Positions 18,426-29,246 of a stretch of 64,000 nucleotides of DNA are shown here, piece by piece. Source of the stretch: Candidatus Iainarchaeum sp. Its GTDB lineage: Archaea; Iainarchaeota; Iainarchaeia; Iainarchaeales; UBA10219. Both the position numbers and the translations under genes were made by a program. A model generated the notes under the pieces. It was not told where the DNA came from. It made no database searches and saw only the letters and a list, made by a program, of their open reading frames with translations. The stretch's first letter is position 1; the number at the start of each line of letters is the position of its first letter. Location: contig JAGVWE010000005.1 in NCBI GenBank assembly GCA_018304425.1, forward strand, positions 64,001 to 128,000, read 5' to 3'.

Positions 18426-20291
18426 ATGTTCAAGCCCGTGAAAATGCTTAAAATCCAGGTGCTGGGCCTCAAAAGAGACCGCCCCCAAATCGTGGAAGCC
18501 CTGCACGAACTGGGCTTGGTCCACGTCGAAGAATGCAGGGACCAGGGCCTCGAAACCGGGCAAACCACAGAGGAAGCCAACGCCGTCAACGAAGAACTGG
18601 TCAGGCTTTATGCCGTGAAAAAACTCCTCTCACCTCAACCCACTACCCGATTACAGGCCAAGCCCCTGCCCCAGGTTCTGCGCGAAGCCAAAGGCCTGGG
18701 CATCGACGTCCGACTCGGCGAACTCAAGACCGAACTCGAACGCTTGGACGCCGAGAGAACTTCCATCGCGGACGCAAGGGGCCAGCTCAAGTACTTCGCC
18801 CATTTCCATGTGGACTTGGCCAGCCTCCAGGCGAACTCGGCAACAGTCTTGGCAGGGCTCGTGGCCACGCAAAAAATGCATCCCCTGCGGAACGCCCTTT
18901 CCGTCGTCAGCTCCAAGCACTTGCTTGCCGCCAAACCCCTTGACAAAACCCGCACCGTGTTCCTGCTGGCCATCGAAAAAGGAAGGGAGGCCCAGGCCCG
19001 GGACGCCCTGGAAAAGGCGGGAACCATCCGGCTGCGGCTTCCCACCGAGCGGGGAACCCCTTCCGAGCTCTTGGCCAACCTCGAAAAACGAGTCGAGGCC
19101 CTCAAAAAACGCCGGGAACTAGTGGAACAGGAAATCGGCCTGCATTCAAGGAAGCACTGGAATCACATCGAGTTCCTCATCGAATCCCTTGAAATCGAGA
19201 AGCAACGGCTGGACATCCTGCAGAAGTTCGGCCGGACCCGGGACGCCTTTGTATTGGAGGGCTTTGTGCCCCTGCCCCAGGCAGCCAAGCTCAAGGAAGC
19301 CCTGGCCCAGCGATTCGGCCAGAACCTGGTGGTGCTGGAGCACGAAGCCGAGGAAAGCCCCACGCTCTTGGACAACCCCCAACCGTTTGCGCCCTTCCAG
19401 TTCCTCATGGAATTCGTGTCCATTCCCAAAAGCCACGAAATCGATCCCACCATCGTGTTCACGTTCGCGCTCGCCGTCTTTTATGGCGCCATGCTGGGAG
19501 ACGCGGGATACGGCCTGCTCTCCTTGGCCTTGGCGCACCTGATTGTCAAGAAAACCGAGGCCGGGGGCCTGCTCAACAACGTGGGCAAGATATGGTTCGT
19601 CTTCAGCATCCCCTCCATCGCGTTCGGTGCAATCTACGACGAGTTCTTCGGCTTTTCCCACCACAAACTCCTGGGGGTTGAACTCTACCATGGCTTGGAG
19701 CGCATGGAGTCCGTGCCCACCCTCATCCTGTTGACGGTGTTGATGGGTTTGGCCACCATGGTGCTGGGCTACTTCCTGGGCTTCCTCACCGAGTGCATGG
19801 AAAAGAACTACAAGCACGCCGTGGGCAAGCTGGGCTGGATTGGAACCATTGTGGCCGGTGCCCTGCTGGTTGCCACTCTGTTGTTCAACGTGTTTGGCCC
19901 GGGCATGCTGCTGGCGGCAGGCGGGGTTCTGGGGGTTTCCGTGCTCGCCATCGTGTACGCGGAGGGCCCCATGGGCTTGATTGAGATTCCCGGAGTCGCG
20001 GGCAACATCCTCTCCTACTCGAGAATCGCGGCGGTTGGCTTGAGCTCGGTCATCGTGGCCATGATATTGAATGACCTGGTGCTGCCCAAGCCCGAGCAGG
20101 GCCTCTGGCTTATAATAACTTTGCCCTTGTTCCTTTTCGGGCACCTCTTCAATGCCGTGCTCGGCATGTTTGAGAGCCTGGTACAGGGGTCAAGGCTTAA
20201 TTTCGTTGAATTCTTCTCCAAGTTTCATCACGGTGGGGGGGAAAAGTTCGCGCCATTCAGGTGCGAGAGAAAACACACACTCGGAGGTTGA
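18426..20291 (+). CDS. atpI: A-type ATP synthase subunit I (a)
   Basis: PTLLDNP, EIDPT, GDAGYG, LSYSRI, RLNFVEFF.KF. Confidence 0.95.
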   Translation: MFKPVKMLKIQVLGLKRDRPQIVEALHELGLVHVEECRDQGLETGQTTEEANAVNEELVRLYAVKKLLSPQPTTRLQAKPLPQVLREAKGLGIDVRLGELKTELERLDAERTSIADARGQLKYFAHFHVDLASLQANSATVLAGLVATQKMHPLRNALSVVSSKHLLAAKPLDKTRTVFLLAIEKGREAQARDALEKAGTIRLRLPTERGTPSELLANLEKRVEALKKRRELVEQEIGLHSRKHWNHIEFLIESLEIEKQRLDILQKFGRTRDAFVLEGFVPLPQAAKLKEALAQRFGQNLVVLEHEAEESPTLLDNPQPFAPFQFLMEFVSIPKSHEIDPTIVFTFALAVFYGAMLGDAGYGLLSLALAHLIVKKTEAGGLLNNVGKIWFVFSIPSIAFGAIYDEFFGFSHHKLLGVELYHGLERMESVPTLILLTVLMGLATMVLGYFLGFLTECMEKNYKHAVGKLGWIGTIVAGALLVATLLFNVFGPGMLLAAGGVLGVSVLAIVYAEGPMGLIEIPGVAGNILSYSRIAAVGLSSVIVAMILNDLVLPKPEQGLWLIITLPLFLFGHLFNAVLGMFESLVQGSRLNFVEFFSKFHHGGGEKFAPFRCERKHTLGG

Positions 20292-20297
20292 TAGAAA

Positions 20298-20531
20298 ATG
20301 CCATTATTCGAAACAACAGCAGGAATCGCGATGGCAGCCGGCCTTTCCATCATCGGCGGGGCTTTGGGAACTGCCTGGGTGCAGAGCGCTATCGGCTCAT
20401 CGGCGATGGGCGTCATAGCGGAGAAACCCGAGGAAGCCAGCAAATTGCTTATCTGGCTGGTCATCCCCGAAACCATTGTCATCTTCGGTTTCGTCATCGC
20501 CATCATGCTGACCCTGAAGATTGCGGGGTAA
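20298..20531 (+). CDS. atpK: A-type ATP synthase subunit K (c), single hairpin
   Basis: Two TM helices, EKPE loop, IPETIVIFG. Confidence 0.95.
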   Translation: MPLFETTAGIAMAAGLSIIGGALGTAWVQSAIGSSAMGVIAEKPEEASKLLIWLVIPETIVIFGFVIAIMLTLKIAG

Positions 20532-20541
20532 AGGGATTCAC

Positions 20542-21123
20542 GTGGGCTTGGATACGCTGCAGAAGGAAATACTGCTGGACGCCAAAAAGGAGGCCGACGC
20601 CCTACTGGCGGGAGCCGACCAGGAGAGGCGTCGCATCCTAGCGGCAGCCAACACGGAACGCGAGAAAGTGTTGACTATCGCCAGGGAAAGCATAGCCAAA
20701 GTCGTTGAAGCCGAGAAAAACGAGCGACTGACCTCGGCCAGGCTGGCCGCCAACCGGCTGGTAAACGATGCCAAGTCCCGGCAGGTGGACCAGGCGATTG
20801 ACCGGGTGTGGGAGGCGTTCAAGGAAGCCGGGAACGGCGCCTCCTACTACAAGCGCCTCGGCCAGTTAGTCGAGGCCGGCTTGCAGGAGTTCGGCGGCAA
20901 AGCCGTTGTCCACCTCAATTCCCAGGACCTGAAGTCCGAGGTCGGCAAGAAACACAAGAACTTGCTGGCCAAGGAGCCGCTGAAGGCAGTGGGCGGCGCC
21001 ATCATAACTTCCGCAGACGGCAAGATACGCATGGACTGCACGTTGGAACAGCTTTTCGCGGAAAACCGGGAAGGCATCCGGAAAACGGCTTACGCTGAAT
21101 TGTTTGGCAGGGGTGTCCAGTAA
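20542..21123 (+). CDS. atpE: A-type ATP synthase subunit E
   Basis: GLD.L..EI, GGAIITSADGKIRMDCT; GTG start. Confidence 0.9.
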   Translation: MGLDTLQKEILLDAKKEADALLAGADQERRRILAAANTEREKVLTIARESIAKVVEAEKNERLTSARLAANRLVNDAKSRQVDQAIDRVWEAFKEAGNGASYYKRLGQLVEAGLQEFGGKAVVHLNSQDLKSEVGKKHKNLLAKEPLKAVGGAIITSADGKIRMDCTLEQLFAENREGIRKTAYAELFGRGVQ

Positions 21124-22223
21124 TGGTTTACGGACTCGAGGGTTCCACGGCGGCCAGGGCCCTGACGTATGGCTACTCCAATGCCAGGGTCAAGGCCATG
21201 CAGGCCCTGCTGTTCAAGGGCAAGGACCTGGAAGCCCTGGTCGGAGCCAGTGACTTGAAGGAAGTCATTGGCTTCCTGGAGCGAACCAGTTACCGGGAGG
21301 ACCTGGTGGCAACCTCCCTGAATTACAGCGGCATCAACCGCGTGGAATTGGCGCTGGGCCTCAACTATGCGCGGGCCGCCAGCAAGCTATTGAAAATCGC
21401 GCCCAAGGCCGCGTTGCCGGTGCTTGCCGCCATCCTGCGGAAATGGGACGTGCACAACCTCAAAACCATTTTGCTGGGAAAATACGAGAAAAAGCCGCGA
21501 GCCGAGATTGAGCCCTACTTGGTCAGGTGCGGGAGCCTCTCCAAGGCAACCCTCGCCCGGCTGCTGGAAGAAGACAGCATCCAGGAACTCGTTGGATTGC
21601 TGGCCGGCACGGAGTACGGTTGGGTCCTGGAAAGGGCCTGGAAAAAATTCGGGGAAAGCAAGGACATGAATGCGTTCCTGGAAGCCCTGGACCTCCATTA
21701 TTACGCCAAACTTGCGGTCGAAGTAAGCGATACCGGTGGCAGTGAACGCGTCATCCGCCAGCTCGTGGAAGCCGAAGTGGATGCCAAGAACCTGGTGAAC
21801 GCGTTGCGGCTTAGAAGGGAAGGCAAGACCGATGAATACATTGGCTCGCTGTTCGTTCCAGGCGGAAGCCTGGACAGGGAAGAACTGCAGGCTTTGCTGA
21901 AGGCGCACCCCCAAGGGGAGAAGGGCTTCGAGGCCCTCCTCCTGGCGGCACAGAAACGCATGGGGCTGGCCCCCTCGGAGGGCGGCATCGTCCCCTCCAA
22001 GGGCGCGGGCAAGTCCTTGGCAGCCCTTGAAACCCGGCTCGCGCACCGGATCGTCGAGCAAAGCCTCCGAACCCTGCGGCGCAGCATCCTGTCCTTGGGC
22101 GCCTTGGTGGGCTTCCTCTATCTCAAGGAAAACGAAGTGAACAACGTGCGAAAAGTCATCCGGGCCAAGGAATACCGCCTGCCTCCCGCGATGGCAAAGG
22201 AGATGTTGATTATACCGTCATAG
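21123..22223 (+). CDS. atpC: A-type ATP synthase subunit C
   Basis: YSNARVKAM, D.HNLKTIL, KENEVNNVR. Confidence 0.92.
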   Translation: MVYGLEGSTAARALTYGYSNARVKAMQALLFKGKDLEALVGASDLKEVIGFLERTSYREDLVATSLNYSGINRVELALGLNYARAASKLLKIAPKAALPVLAAILRKWDVHNLKTILLGKYEKKPRAEIEPYLVRCGSLSKATLARLLEEDSIQELVGLLAGTEYGWVLERAWKKFGESKDMNAFLEALDLHYYAKLAVEVSDTGGSERVIRQLVEAEVDAKNLVNALRLRREGKTDEYIGSLFVPGGSLDREELQALLKAHPQGEKGFEALLLAAQKRMGLAPSEGGIVPSKGAGKSLAALETRLAHRIVEQSLRTLRRSILSLGALVGFLYLKENEVNNVRKVIRAKEYRLPPAMAKEMLIIPS

Positions 22224-22235
22224 AGGTTTTGAAGC

Positions 22236-22565
22236 ATGGAAGAATTCCCACACAACATTGCGGTGATTGGCGACCGGGCCACGTCAACCGGCTTCAGGCT
22301 GGCGGGCATCCGGGAGGTCCACGTTTACGAGGACAAGACGGCGGAAAAAAAGCTGGCCGAACTCCTGGAACGCGAGAACCTGGGCCTGATAATCATTAAC
22401 GAAACCCTTTTGCAGAAATTCGACTGGCGGATGAAGAAAAGAATCGAGCGAATCGCCAAACCCGTGATCATTACCGTGCCGGACCGGCTCGGAACCGTGG
22501 TCGAGGAAGCCGAATCGCTTCGCTCGCTGGTGCGAAGGGCGTTGGGCGTTGACTTAATCAAATGA
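22236..22565 (+). CDS. atpF: A-type ATP synthase subunit F
   Basis: IAVIGD..T.TGFRLAGI, RALGVDL. Confidence 0.95.
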   Translation: MEEFPHNIAVIGDRATSTGFRLAGIREVHVYEDKTAEKKLAELLERENLGLIIINETLLQKFDWRMKKRIERIAKPVIITVPDRLGTVVEEAESLRSLVRRALGVDLIK

Positions 22566-22574
22566 GGTGGATGG

Positions 22575-24338
22575 ATGGGCGTAATCAAGCGAATCATTGG
22601 ACCCGTTGTTACGGCGGAAAAAATGCAGGGCGCACGCATGTTTGACGTGGTAAAGGTGGGCGAGGAAGGCCTGATTGGCGAGGTCATCAAGCTCAGCGGG
22701 GAAGAAGCCATTTTACAGGTGTACGAGGACACGTCCGGCCTGCAGCCCGGCAAGAAAGTGGAGAACACGGCGCTGCCGCTCAGCGTGGAACTCGGCCCAG
22801 GACTCCTGACGTCCATCTATGACGGCATCCAACGGCCACTTGAAATCATCCGCGCCCAGCACGGCACGTTCATCGCCAGGGGCGCCAAAACAGATGCCTT
22901 GGACCGCAAGAAGAAATGGGAATTCAAGGCCACGGCCAAGGCGGGAGACGTGGTCGAGGGCGGCAACATCCTGGGCGAAGTCCAGGAAACCGAGCTCATC
23001 CAGCACCGGGTCATGGTGCCGCCGGACGTGCACGGAAAGATTGCCAGCATCAGCAGCGGCAAGTTTTCCTTGGAGGAAACCATTGCCGTCATCGAGGACC
23101 AGGGCAAGAAAACCAGGGTCTCGCTGCTCCAGAAGTGGCCGGTGAGGAAACCCAGGCCCTACAAGGCCAGGCTGATGCCGGATACGCCGCTTGCCACGGG
23201 CATGCGCATCATTGACACGTTTTTCCCGGTGTCAAAGGGGGGAACGGCCTGCATTCCCGGCCCCTTCGGCTCCGGTAAAACGGTTTGCCAGCAGTCCCTG
23301 GCCAAGTGGAGTGACGCCCAAATCGTGGTCTACGTGGGCTGTGGAGAGCGCGGCAACGAAATGACGGAAGTGCTGACCGAGTTCCCGGAATTGCAGGACC
23401 CCCGCAGCAAGAAGCCCTTGATGCAGCGCACCATCCTGATTGCCAACACCTCCAACATGCCGGTGGCGGCCAGGGAGGCAAGCATTTACACGGGCATCAC
23501 CATCGCCGAGTATTACCGGGACATGGGCTATGACGTCGCATTAATGGCGGACTCCACTTCCCGGTGGGCGGAAGCCATGCGTGAAATCTCCGGCCGGCTC
23601 GAGGAAATGCCGGGCGAAGAAGGCTACCCCCCTTACCTGGCCAGGCGGCTCGCTGAATTCTATGAGCGCGCGGGCAGGGTCGAATGCCTGGGAGGCAAGC
23701 AAAAAAATGGCAGCGTCACCATCATCGGCGCGGTAAGCCCGCCGGGCGGCGACATCTCGGAACCGGTTTCCCAGAACACGTTGCGCGTAACCAAAGTGTT
23801 TTGGGCGCTGGACGCCAAGCTCGCGCAACGCAGGCACTTCCCGGCCATCAACTGGCTGAAGAGCTATTCGCTGTACCTGGATTTGCTGGAACCCACCTAC
23901 CTGAACACGCTTTCCGCGGAGTGGGTGGATTTGAGGACGAATGCCATGGCCATGCTCCAGAAGGAGTCCGAATTACAGCAGATCGTGCAACTGGTTGGAA
24001 CGGATGCCTTGCCTGAAAAGGAGCAAGCCATCCTGGACGCGGCAAGGATGCTGCGTGAGGACTTCCTCCAGCAAAGCGCGTACGACGAAATTGACGCGTA
24101 TGTCTCGCTCCAAAAGCAGTACCTCATGCTGAAGACCATCATGAAATTCCATGAAAAGGCCGTGCACGCCCTCGAGTTGGGCGCCCAGCTCAAGTCCATC
24201 GTGGAGATGCCGGTCCGGGCCCAGATTGCCCGAATGAAGGAAATCAGGGAAGAGGACGCTGATAAGAAGGTCAACGCCATCCTCTCCGAAATAGAGAATG
24301 CGTTCGGCAAGCTGGCCAGGAGCGTCGGCCCCCTGTAA
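22575..24338 (+). CDS. atpA: A-type ATP synthase subunit A
   Basis: [23 protein letters not shown]; no intein. Confidence 0.98.
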   Translation: MGVIKRIIGPVVTAEKMQGARMFDVVKVGEEGLIGEVIKLSGEEAILQVYEDTSGLQPGKKVENTALPLSVELGPGLLTSIYDGIQRPLEIIRAQHGTFIARGAKTDALDRKKKWEFKATAKAGDVVEGGNILGEVQETELIQHRVMVPPDVHGKIASISSGKFSLEETIAVIEDQGKKTRVSLLQKWPVRKPRPYKARLMPDTPLATGMRIIDTFFPVSKGGTACIPGPFGSGKTVCQQSLAKWSDAQIVVYVGCGERGNEMTEVLTEFPELQDPRSKKPLMQRTILIANTSNMPVAAREASIYTGITIAEYYRDMGYDVALMADSTSRWAEAMREISGRLEEMPGEEGYPPYLARRLAEFYERAGRVECLGGKQKNGSVTIIGAVSPPGGDISEPVSQNTLRVTKVFWALDAKLAQRRHFPAINWLKSYSLYLDLLEPTYLNTLSAEWVDLRTNAMAMLQKESELQQIVQLVGTDALPEKEQAILDAARMLREDFLQQSAYDEIDAYVSLQKQYLMLKTIMKFHEKAVHALELGAQLKSIVEMPVRAQIARMKEIREEDADKKVNAILSEIENAFGKLARSVGPL

Positions 24339-24365
24339 GGGGGTTAGCACAGGATAGGTGAAAAC

Positions 24366-25751
24366 ATGGCGATAAAGGAATACCAGACCGTTACCGACGT
24401 TGCCGGCCCCCTCGTCTTCGTGGACCGGGTGGAAGCCATTGGCTACAACGAGCTCGTGGAAGTCATCCTGCCCAACGGCGAGCGCAGGAAAGGCCAGGTA
24501 TTGGACACGGCCAAGGGAAGGGCCGTGGTGCAGATTTTCGGGAGCACGACAGGCGTTGACACCCAGCACACAAGGGTCCGGTTCCTGGGCGAAACCATGC
24601 GCATCAGCGTTTCGGATGAAATGCTGGGCCGTGTGTTCAATGGCTTGGGCGAGCCCCGCGACAACGGCCCCACCATCATTGCCGACGAAAAAATCGACAT
24701 CATTGGTTCGTCCATCAACCCGACCGCGCGGCGGAAGCCCGAGGACTTCATCCAGACCGGCATCAGCACCATTGACGTCATGAACACCCTGGTGCGGGGT
24801 CAGAAGCTGCCTATTTTTTCGGGCGCTGGCATGCCGCACAACGATGTCGCGGTCCAAATCGCGAGGCAGGCCAAGGTGCTGAAGGGAACCGACAAGTTCG
24901 CGGTGGTGTTTGCCGCCATCGGAATAACCCACGAGGAAGCAGCGTTCTTCATGCGGGACTTTGAGATGACAGGAGCCCTGGAAAGGGCCGTGCTGTTCCT
25001 CAACCTCGCGGACGACCCCTCGGTGGAAAGGCTGATTACGCCAAGAATGGCGCTTACAACCGCTGAATACCTGGCGTATGAAAAGGACATGCACATCCTC
25101 GTCATCCTCACGGACATGACCAACTACTGCGAGTCCCTCCGCGAGATTGCCGGGGCAAGGGAAGAGGTTCCAGGGCGAAGGGGCTATCCGGGCTACATGT
25201 ACACGGACCTGGCCTCCATTTACGAGCGGGCCGGCATCGTCAAGGGAAAAAAGGGCTCCATCACGCAGTTGTCTATTCTCTCCATGCCTGGTGGGGACAT
25301 CACGCACCCCATTCCGGATCTCACGGGCTACATCACGGAAGGCCAGATTGTGCTGAACAACGACTTGCACCGGAAGGGCATTTTTCCCCCCATTGACGTG
25401 CTGCCCAGCTTGTCGAGGCTCATGAACCTCGGCATTGGCGGCGAGAAAACGCGGGAAGACCACCGGGGGGTGGCAGACCAGTTGTACGCCGCGTATGCCA
25501 CGGGACGCGACTTGCGAAGCCTCTCGGCCGTGGTGGGCGAGGAAGCCCTCACCGAAAACGACCGGAAGTACTTGAAGTTCGCGGACGCCTTTGAGAACCG
25601 GTTCGTGCGGCAGGGCAAGCACGAGAACCGGGAAATCCATCAGTCGCTGGACTTGGGCTGGGAACTGTTGTCGGGCCTGCCTGAAACCGAGTTGAAGAGG
25701 ATCAAGAAGGACTACATCGCCAAGTATGGCAAGCGCTTCCGGAAGGAGTGA
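24366..25751 (+). CDS. atpB: A-type ATP synthase subunit B
   Basis: [37 protein letters not shown]. Confidence 0.98.
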   Translation: MAIKEYQTVTDVAGPLVFVDRVEAIGYNELVEVILPNGERRKGQVLDTAKGRAVVQIFGSTTGVDTQHTRVRFLGETMRISVSDEMLGRVFNGLGEPRDNGPTIIADEKIDIIGSSINPTARRKPEDFIQTGISTIDVMNTLVRGQKLPIFSGAGMPHNDVAVQIARQAKVLKGTDKFAVVFAAIGITHEEAAFFMRDFEMTGALERAVLFLNLADDPSVERLITPRMALTTAEYLAYEKDMHILVILTDMTNYCESLREIAGAREEVPGRRGYPGYMYTDLASIYERAGIVKGKKGSITQLSILSMPGGDITHPIPDLTGYITEGQIVLNNDLHRKGIFPPIDVLPSLSRLMNLGIGGEKTREDHRGVADQLYAAYATGRDLRSLSAVVGEEALTENDRKYLKFADAFENRFVRQGKHENREIHQSLDLGWELLSGLPETELKRIKKDYIAKYGKRFRKE

Positions 25752-25755
25752 GGGC

Positions 25756-26397
25756 ATGGCCGAGGAAGACATCAAGACCACTCGCCTGGAACTCATCGAA
25801 ACCCGGGGCCGGGTGGTTTTGGCCGAGAAAGGGCATAACCTGCTGAAACAAAAGCAGGACGTCCTCATCCTCGAGTTCTTCAAGATACTAGGCAAGGCCA
25901 AGGACTTGCGGAACGAGCTCAACACGCAGATGACTGCTGCCTTCCAGGGGCTGGCCGTGGCCGAAGCCTACCACGGCATCCACGAGCTGGAGGCGGTCGC
26001 CTTAGCGGTCAAAACCGCTTCCGGCATCAACGTGCAGGTGAAGAACGTGATGGGCGTCAAAATCCCGGAAATCCGGGGAAGGGATGTCAAGAAAACCCTG
26101 ACCGAGCGCGGCTACAGCGTGGTGGGCACGTCCGCCAAAATCGACGAGGCCGCTTCCGCCTTTGAGGGCGCGCTGGAAATGGTCATCAAGCTGGGGGAAA
26201 CCGAGAATGCCTTGAAGCGGCTGGTGCGCGAAATCGAGAAAACCAAGCGCAGGGTCAATTCATTGGAATTCATCCTCATCCCACGGCTCAAGGAAAAAGT
26301 GAAGATTATCAGCATGCGCTTGGAGGGCCTGGAAAGAGACCAGTTCATCGCCCTCAAAATCGTGAAGAAAAAAATTGCGGCGAAGAAGGCGGCGTGA
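25756..26397 (+). CDS. atpD: A-type ATP synthase subunit D
   Basis: TR.EL, GH.LLK.K, EIEKTKRRVNSLE. Confidence 0.96.
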   Translation: MAEEDIKTTRLELIETRGRVVLAEKGHNLLKQKQDVLILEFFKILGKAKDLRNELNTQMTAAFQGLAVAEAYHGIHELEAVALAVKTASGINVQVKNVMGVKIPEIRGRDVKKTLTERGYSVVGTSAKIDEAASAFEGALEMVIKLGETENALKRLVREIEKTKRRVNSLEFILIPRLKEKVKIISMRLEGLERDQFIALKIVKKKIAAKKAA

Positions 26398-26566
26398 TGG
26401 CGGCAAGTAGCAACTGAACGCCGTTTACGTAAATGACTAGGTTTCCTTATTGCACGCGCGCAAACGCGTGATTTTCACGGCGGAACACTCAATTCACGCG
26501 GCCCTGAACTCATCGCGCCCCCGGCACTGGCCCTTGAGCCGCGGTTCCTGGGCCCACCCAAGCCGT

Positions 26567-26692
26567 TCAACACCCAGTCTCACAGTCGAAGTCCCTTTCA
26601 TAGAAATCCGTCTCATCGTAGGGAATCAACTCACCCCCGCAGAGCATGCCGCAAGCCAACTGCACGCACTTGCCCGTTTGTCGCTTTTTCAT
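26567..26692 (-). CDS. putative 41-aa Cys-rich, acidic micro-protein
   Basis: MKKRQTGKCVQLACGMLCGGELIPYDETDFYERDFDCETGC*, preceded by a GGGGTGGTGG SD-like run and an AT-rich TATA-like element. Confidence 0.5.
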   Translation of the reverse strand: MKKRQTGKCVQLACGMLCGGELIPYDETDFYERDFDCETGC

Positions 26693-26966
26693 GCCACCAC
26701 CCCGTATATCTACCTACATCCATATCTAAATAGCCAATACGCTTAATTATTATGTTTTCATGGAAAAAATTTACTACTTATCCAGTTATAACGCATTTTT
26801 CTTCTACTTGTTCATGAGGTATTCCCAGGGCCCGAACAACCATCGGAGAAGGAAAACAACGTCGGTAATAGCCAAGCAGACAAGTAAAAATAAAATAAAT
26901 GGCGTAGTTTTTCATGTTTACATGGAAAAAAATAGGTTTAAATTCATATTTAACGAATGATGGATC

Positions 26967-27995
26967 ATGCGTGCTGCTGTTGAATCCCTGGATGCCAGGG
27001 ACCGAAAACTTGCCTTCCTCCTGTCCAAGAACTGCCGGACCAGCTACCGGAACCTGGGAAAATTGCTGGGGCTTTCCCCGGACAGCGTGCGCTACCGCCT
27101 GGCGAAACTCGAAAAACAAGGCGTGATCAGGGGCTATGTTGTGGTGCCGAACTCGTTCGCGCTGGGCAAAATGATTACCTCGGTTTTTGTCTCCTTCCAC
27201 AACCTTCCCAGGGAAAGCGGCAGCCGAATCGTTGAACTCCTGAACCGGCAGAAGGAAATCGTTTTCGCGTACAAGACCCAGGGTGCCTGGGACCTGGTCT
27301 TCCAGGTCGAGCACAAGGGGATGTTCGAATTGAACAAAACCTTGGAAGAATTCAGGGCCGTGTGCGGCGAAGAAAAAATCGACCAGCTCTTCTACCAAGC
27401 CCACGTGGGCGAATACAAGTTCAGGCAAGCGCCCGAAGCGATTTTAGGCGGGCAAAAAGTTTCCGAAATCCTCTCCATCCGCGCGGATGCATCCTTCGCC
27501 AAGGACTTCCTCGACGCGCCCCCCACGGAACTCGTGGAACAGGCGCCGGCCAAAATGAGCGAAGCCGATGGGCTGGTGCTGAACCGGTTGTCCGACGACG
27601 CAAGGATAAGCCTCACCGAGCTGGCCCTGAAGACCGGCTTAAGCGTCGACCAGGTTCGGTACAAAATAAGGCGCCTGGTCAGGCAGGGAATCATCCAGGC
27701 GTTCTGGGCCGTCCTGGACCTCCAGAAGTTCGGCCTCCACCGCTTTGACCTCCTGGTCAAGCTGAAAAACCTGGACTCCAAGGCCAGGGCACGGATGAAA
27801 ACCTACTTCCTCAACCACCCGAAGGTCGTCCGAGCCATTCTCACCTGCGGTCCCTACGGCTTATGGGTCAACCTCACCTGCGAGGACCTCTCCAAATGCC
27901 GTGAAACCGTGGAAGAATTCAGCGAACGCTTCCATGACTACCTACTGGATGCGGACATGCTGATGGTGTTCGAGGAACTGAAGTTCAGGTTCTAA
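26967..27995 (+). CDS. tandem (double) Lrp/AsnC regulator
   Basis: Two HTH+RAM units (LDARD...NCRTS..L; D..VL..L..DARISLTELA). Confidence 0.88.
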   Translation: MRAAVESLDARDRKLAFLLSKNCRTSYRNLGKLLGLSPDSVRYRLAKLEKQGVIRGYVVVPNSFALGKMITSVFVSFHNLPRESGSRIVELLNRQKEIVFAYKTQGAWDLVFQVEHKGMFELNKTLEEFRAVCGEEKIDQLFYQAHVGEYKFRQAPEAILGGQKVSEILSIRADASFAKDFLDAPPTELVEQAPAKMSEADGLVLNRLSDDARISLTELALKTGLSVDQVRYKIRRLVRQGIIQAFWAVLDLQKFGLHRFDLLVKLKNLDSKARARMKTYFLNHPKVVRAILTCGPYGLWVNLTCEDLSKCRETVEEFSERFHDYLLDADMLMVFEELKFRF

Positions 27996-28088
27996 AAAAT
28001 TATCTTTGGAATAATTCTTTTCATAATTATTCTTCCTAGGAATTTATCTTTCAAGAAGCCTTATTTAAGCGGACGCCAAGAGTATGTG

Positions 28089-29237
28089 ATGAGCCAACGC
28101 TTCGACACCTTGTGCGTGCATTCCGGCAGCCAGCAGGACCCCGTCACGGGGGCGGTAGTGTCGGCAATCCAGCCAGCCGTGACCTTCCGGCAGCTTGGAA
28201 TAGGAAAACCATTGGGCTTCGAGTATTCCCGTGCCGCCAACCCCTCACGCCGGGTGCTAGAGCGAAGCATCTCCGAACTGGAGGGATACAAGCACTCGGT
28301 CTGCTTCGGATCCGGCATCGCCGCCGAACTGGCGCTGTTCCAAACCCTCAAACAGTATGACCACGTCCTCTTTTGCGAGGAAACCTATGGGGGAACGTTC
28401 CGCTTGATGAAGACCGTGCTCAACAAGTTCGGCCTCCGCAGTGATTTCGTGCAAATGGATTCCCCTGACCGCATCACGGACTACGTCACAAAGGACACGA
28501 AAATGGTGTTCGTGGAGTCCCCAACCAATCCACTGCTGGACGTCATCGACCTCCAGGGGGTTGGGGAAGTCGCAAAAAAGCACGGCCTGCTTTACGTGGT
28601 CGACAACACCCTCCTGAGCCCTGCATTCCAGCAACCCAAGAAGTTCGGGGCCGACGTGGTCGTGCACAGCTTGACGAAATACCTGGCAGGGCACAACGAC
28701 GTCGTCGGGGGCTCGTTGTCCTTCGACGACGCATCCCTCCAAGAGAAACTCGGCCACCTGATTAAGGCCACGGGCGCGGTCCTCTCGCCATTCGAGTGCT
28801 ATCTGACCCTGCGCGGCATCAAGACGCTTTACTTGAGGATGCAGAAACACGAGGCCAACCACGAAAAAATCGCCGCCTTCCTTGAACGCCATCCAAAGGT
28901 GAAGAGAGTGTACTCCACTACGCTGTCCTCCCACCCGAAACGAGAGCGCTTCCTGGCACAGGCCACGGGACACGGCGGCACGTTCTCCTTCGAGTTGAAA
29001 GGCGGACTGGCGAGCGCCAAAAAGTTCGTGCGGGGGCTCAGCCTATGGACCTTTGGGGAAAGCCTGGGCGGCGTTGAATCCCTGGTTTCGCATCCCCCCA
29101 CCATGAGCCATTCCTCCCTTTCCCGCGAAGAACGATTGAAGCGAGGCATCCACGACGGCTTGCTCAGGCTCTCCTGCGGCATCGAGAACGCGGACGACCT
29201 GATCTCCGACTTGGAGGAGGCGCTTGCCGGCGTTTGA
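28089..29237 (+). CDS. metB: Cys/Met metabolism PLP enzyme (cystathionine gamma-synthase/lyase)
   Basis: YSR..NP, ESPTNP, VVDNT, SLTKYLAGHND, ESLGGVESL. Confidence 0.8.
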   Translation: MSQRFDTLCVHSGSQQDPVTGAVVSAIQPAVTFRQLGIGKPLGFEYSRAANPSRRVLERSISELEGYKHSVCFGSGIAAELALFQTLKQYDHVLFCEETYGGTFRLMKTVLNKFGLRSDFVQMDSPDRITDYVTKDTKMVFVESPTNPLLDVIDLQGVGEVAKKHGLLYVVDNTLLSPAFQQPKKFGADVVVHSLTKYLAGHNDVVGGSLSFDDASLQEKLGHLIKATGAVLSPFECYLTLRGIKTLYLRMQKHEANHEKIAAFLERHPKVKRVYSTTLSSHPKRERFLAQATGHGGTFSFELKGGLASAKKFVRGLSLWTFGESLGGVESLVSHPPTMSHSSLSREERLKRGIHDGLLRLSCGIENADDLISDLEEALAGV

Positions 29238-29246
29238 GGTGCATGC

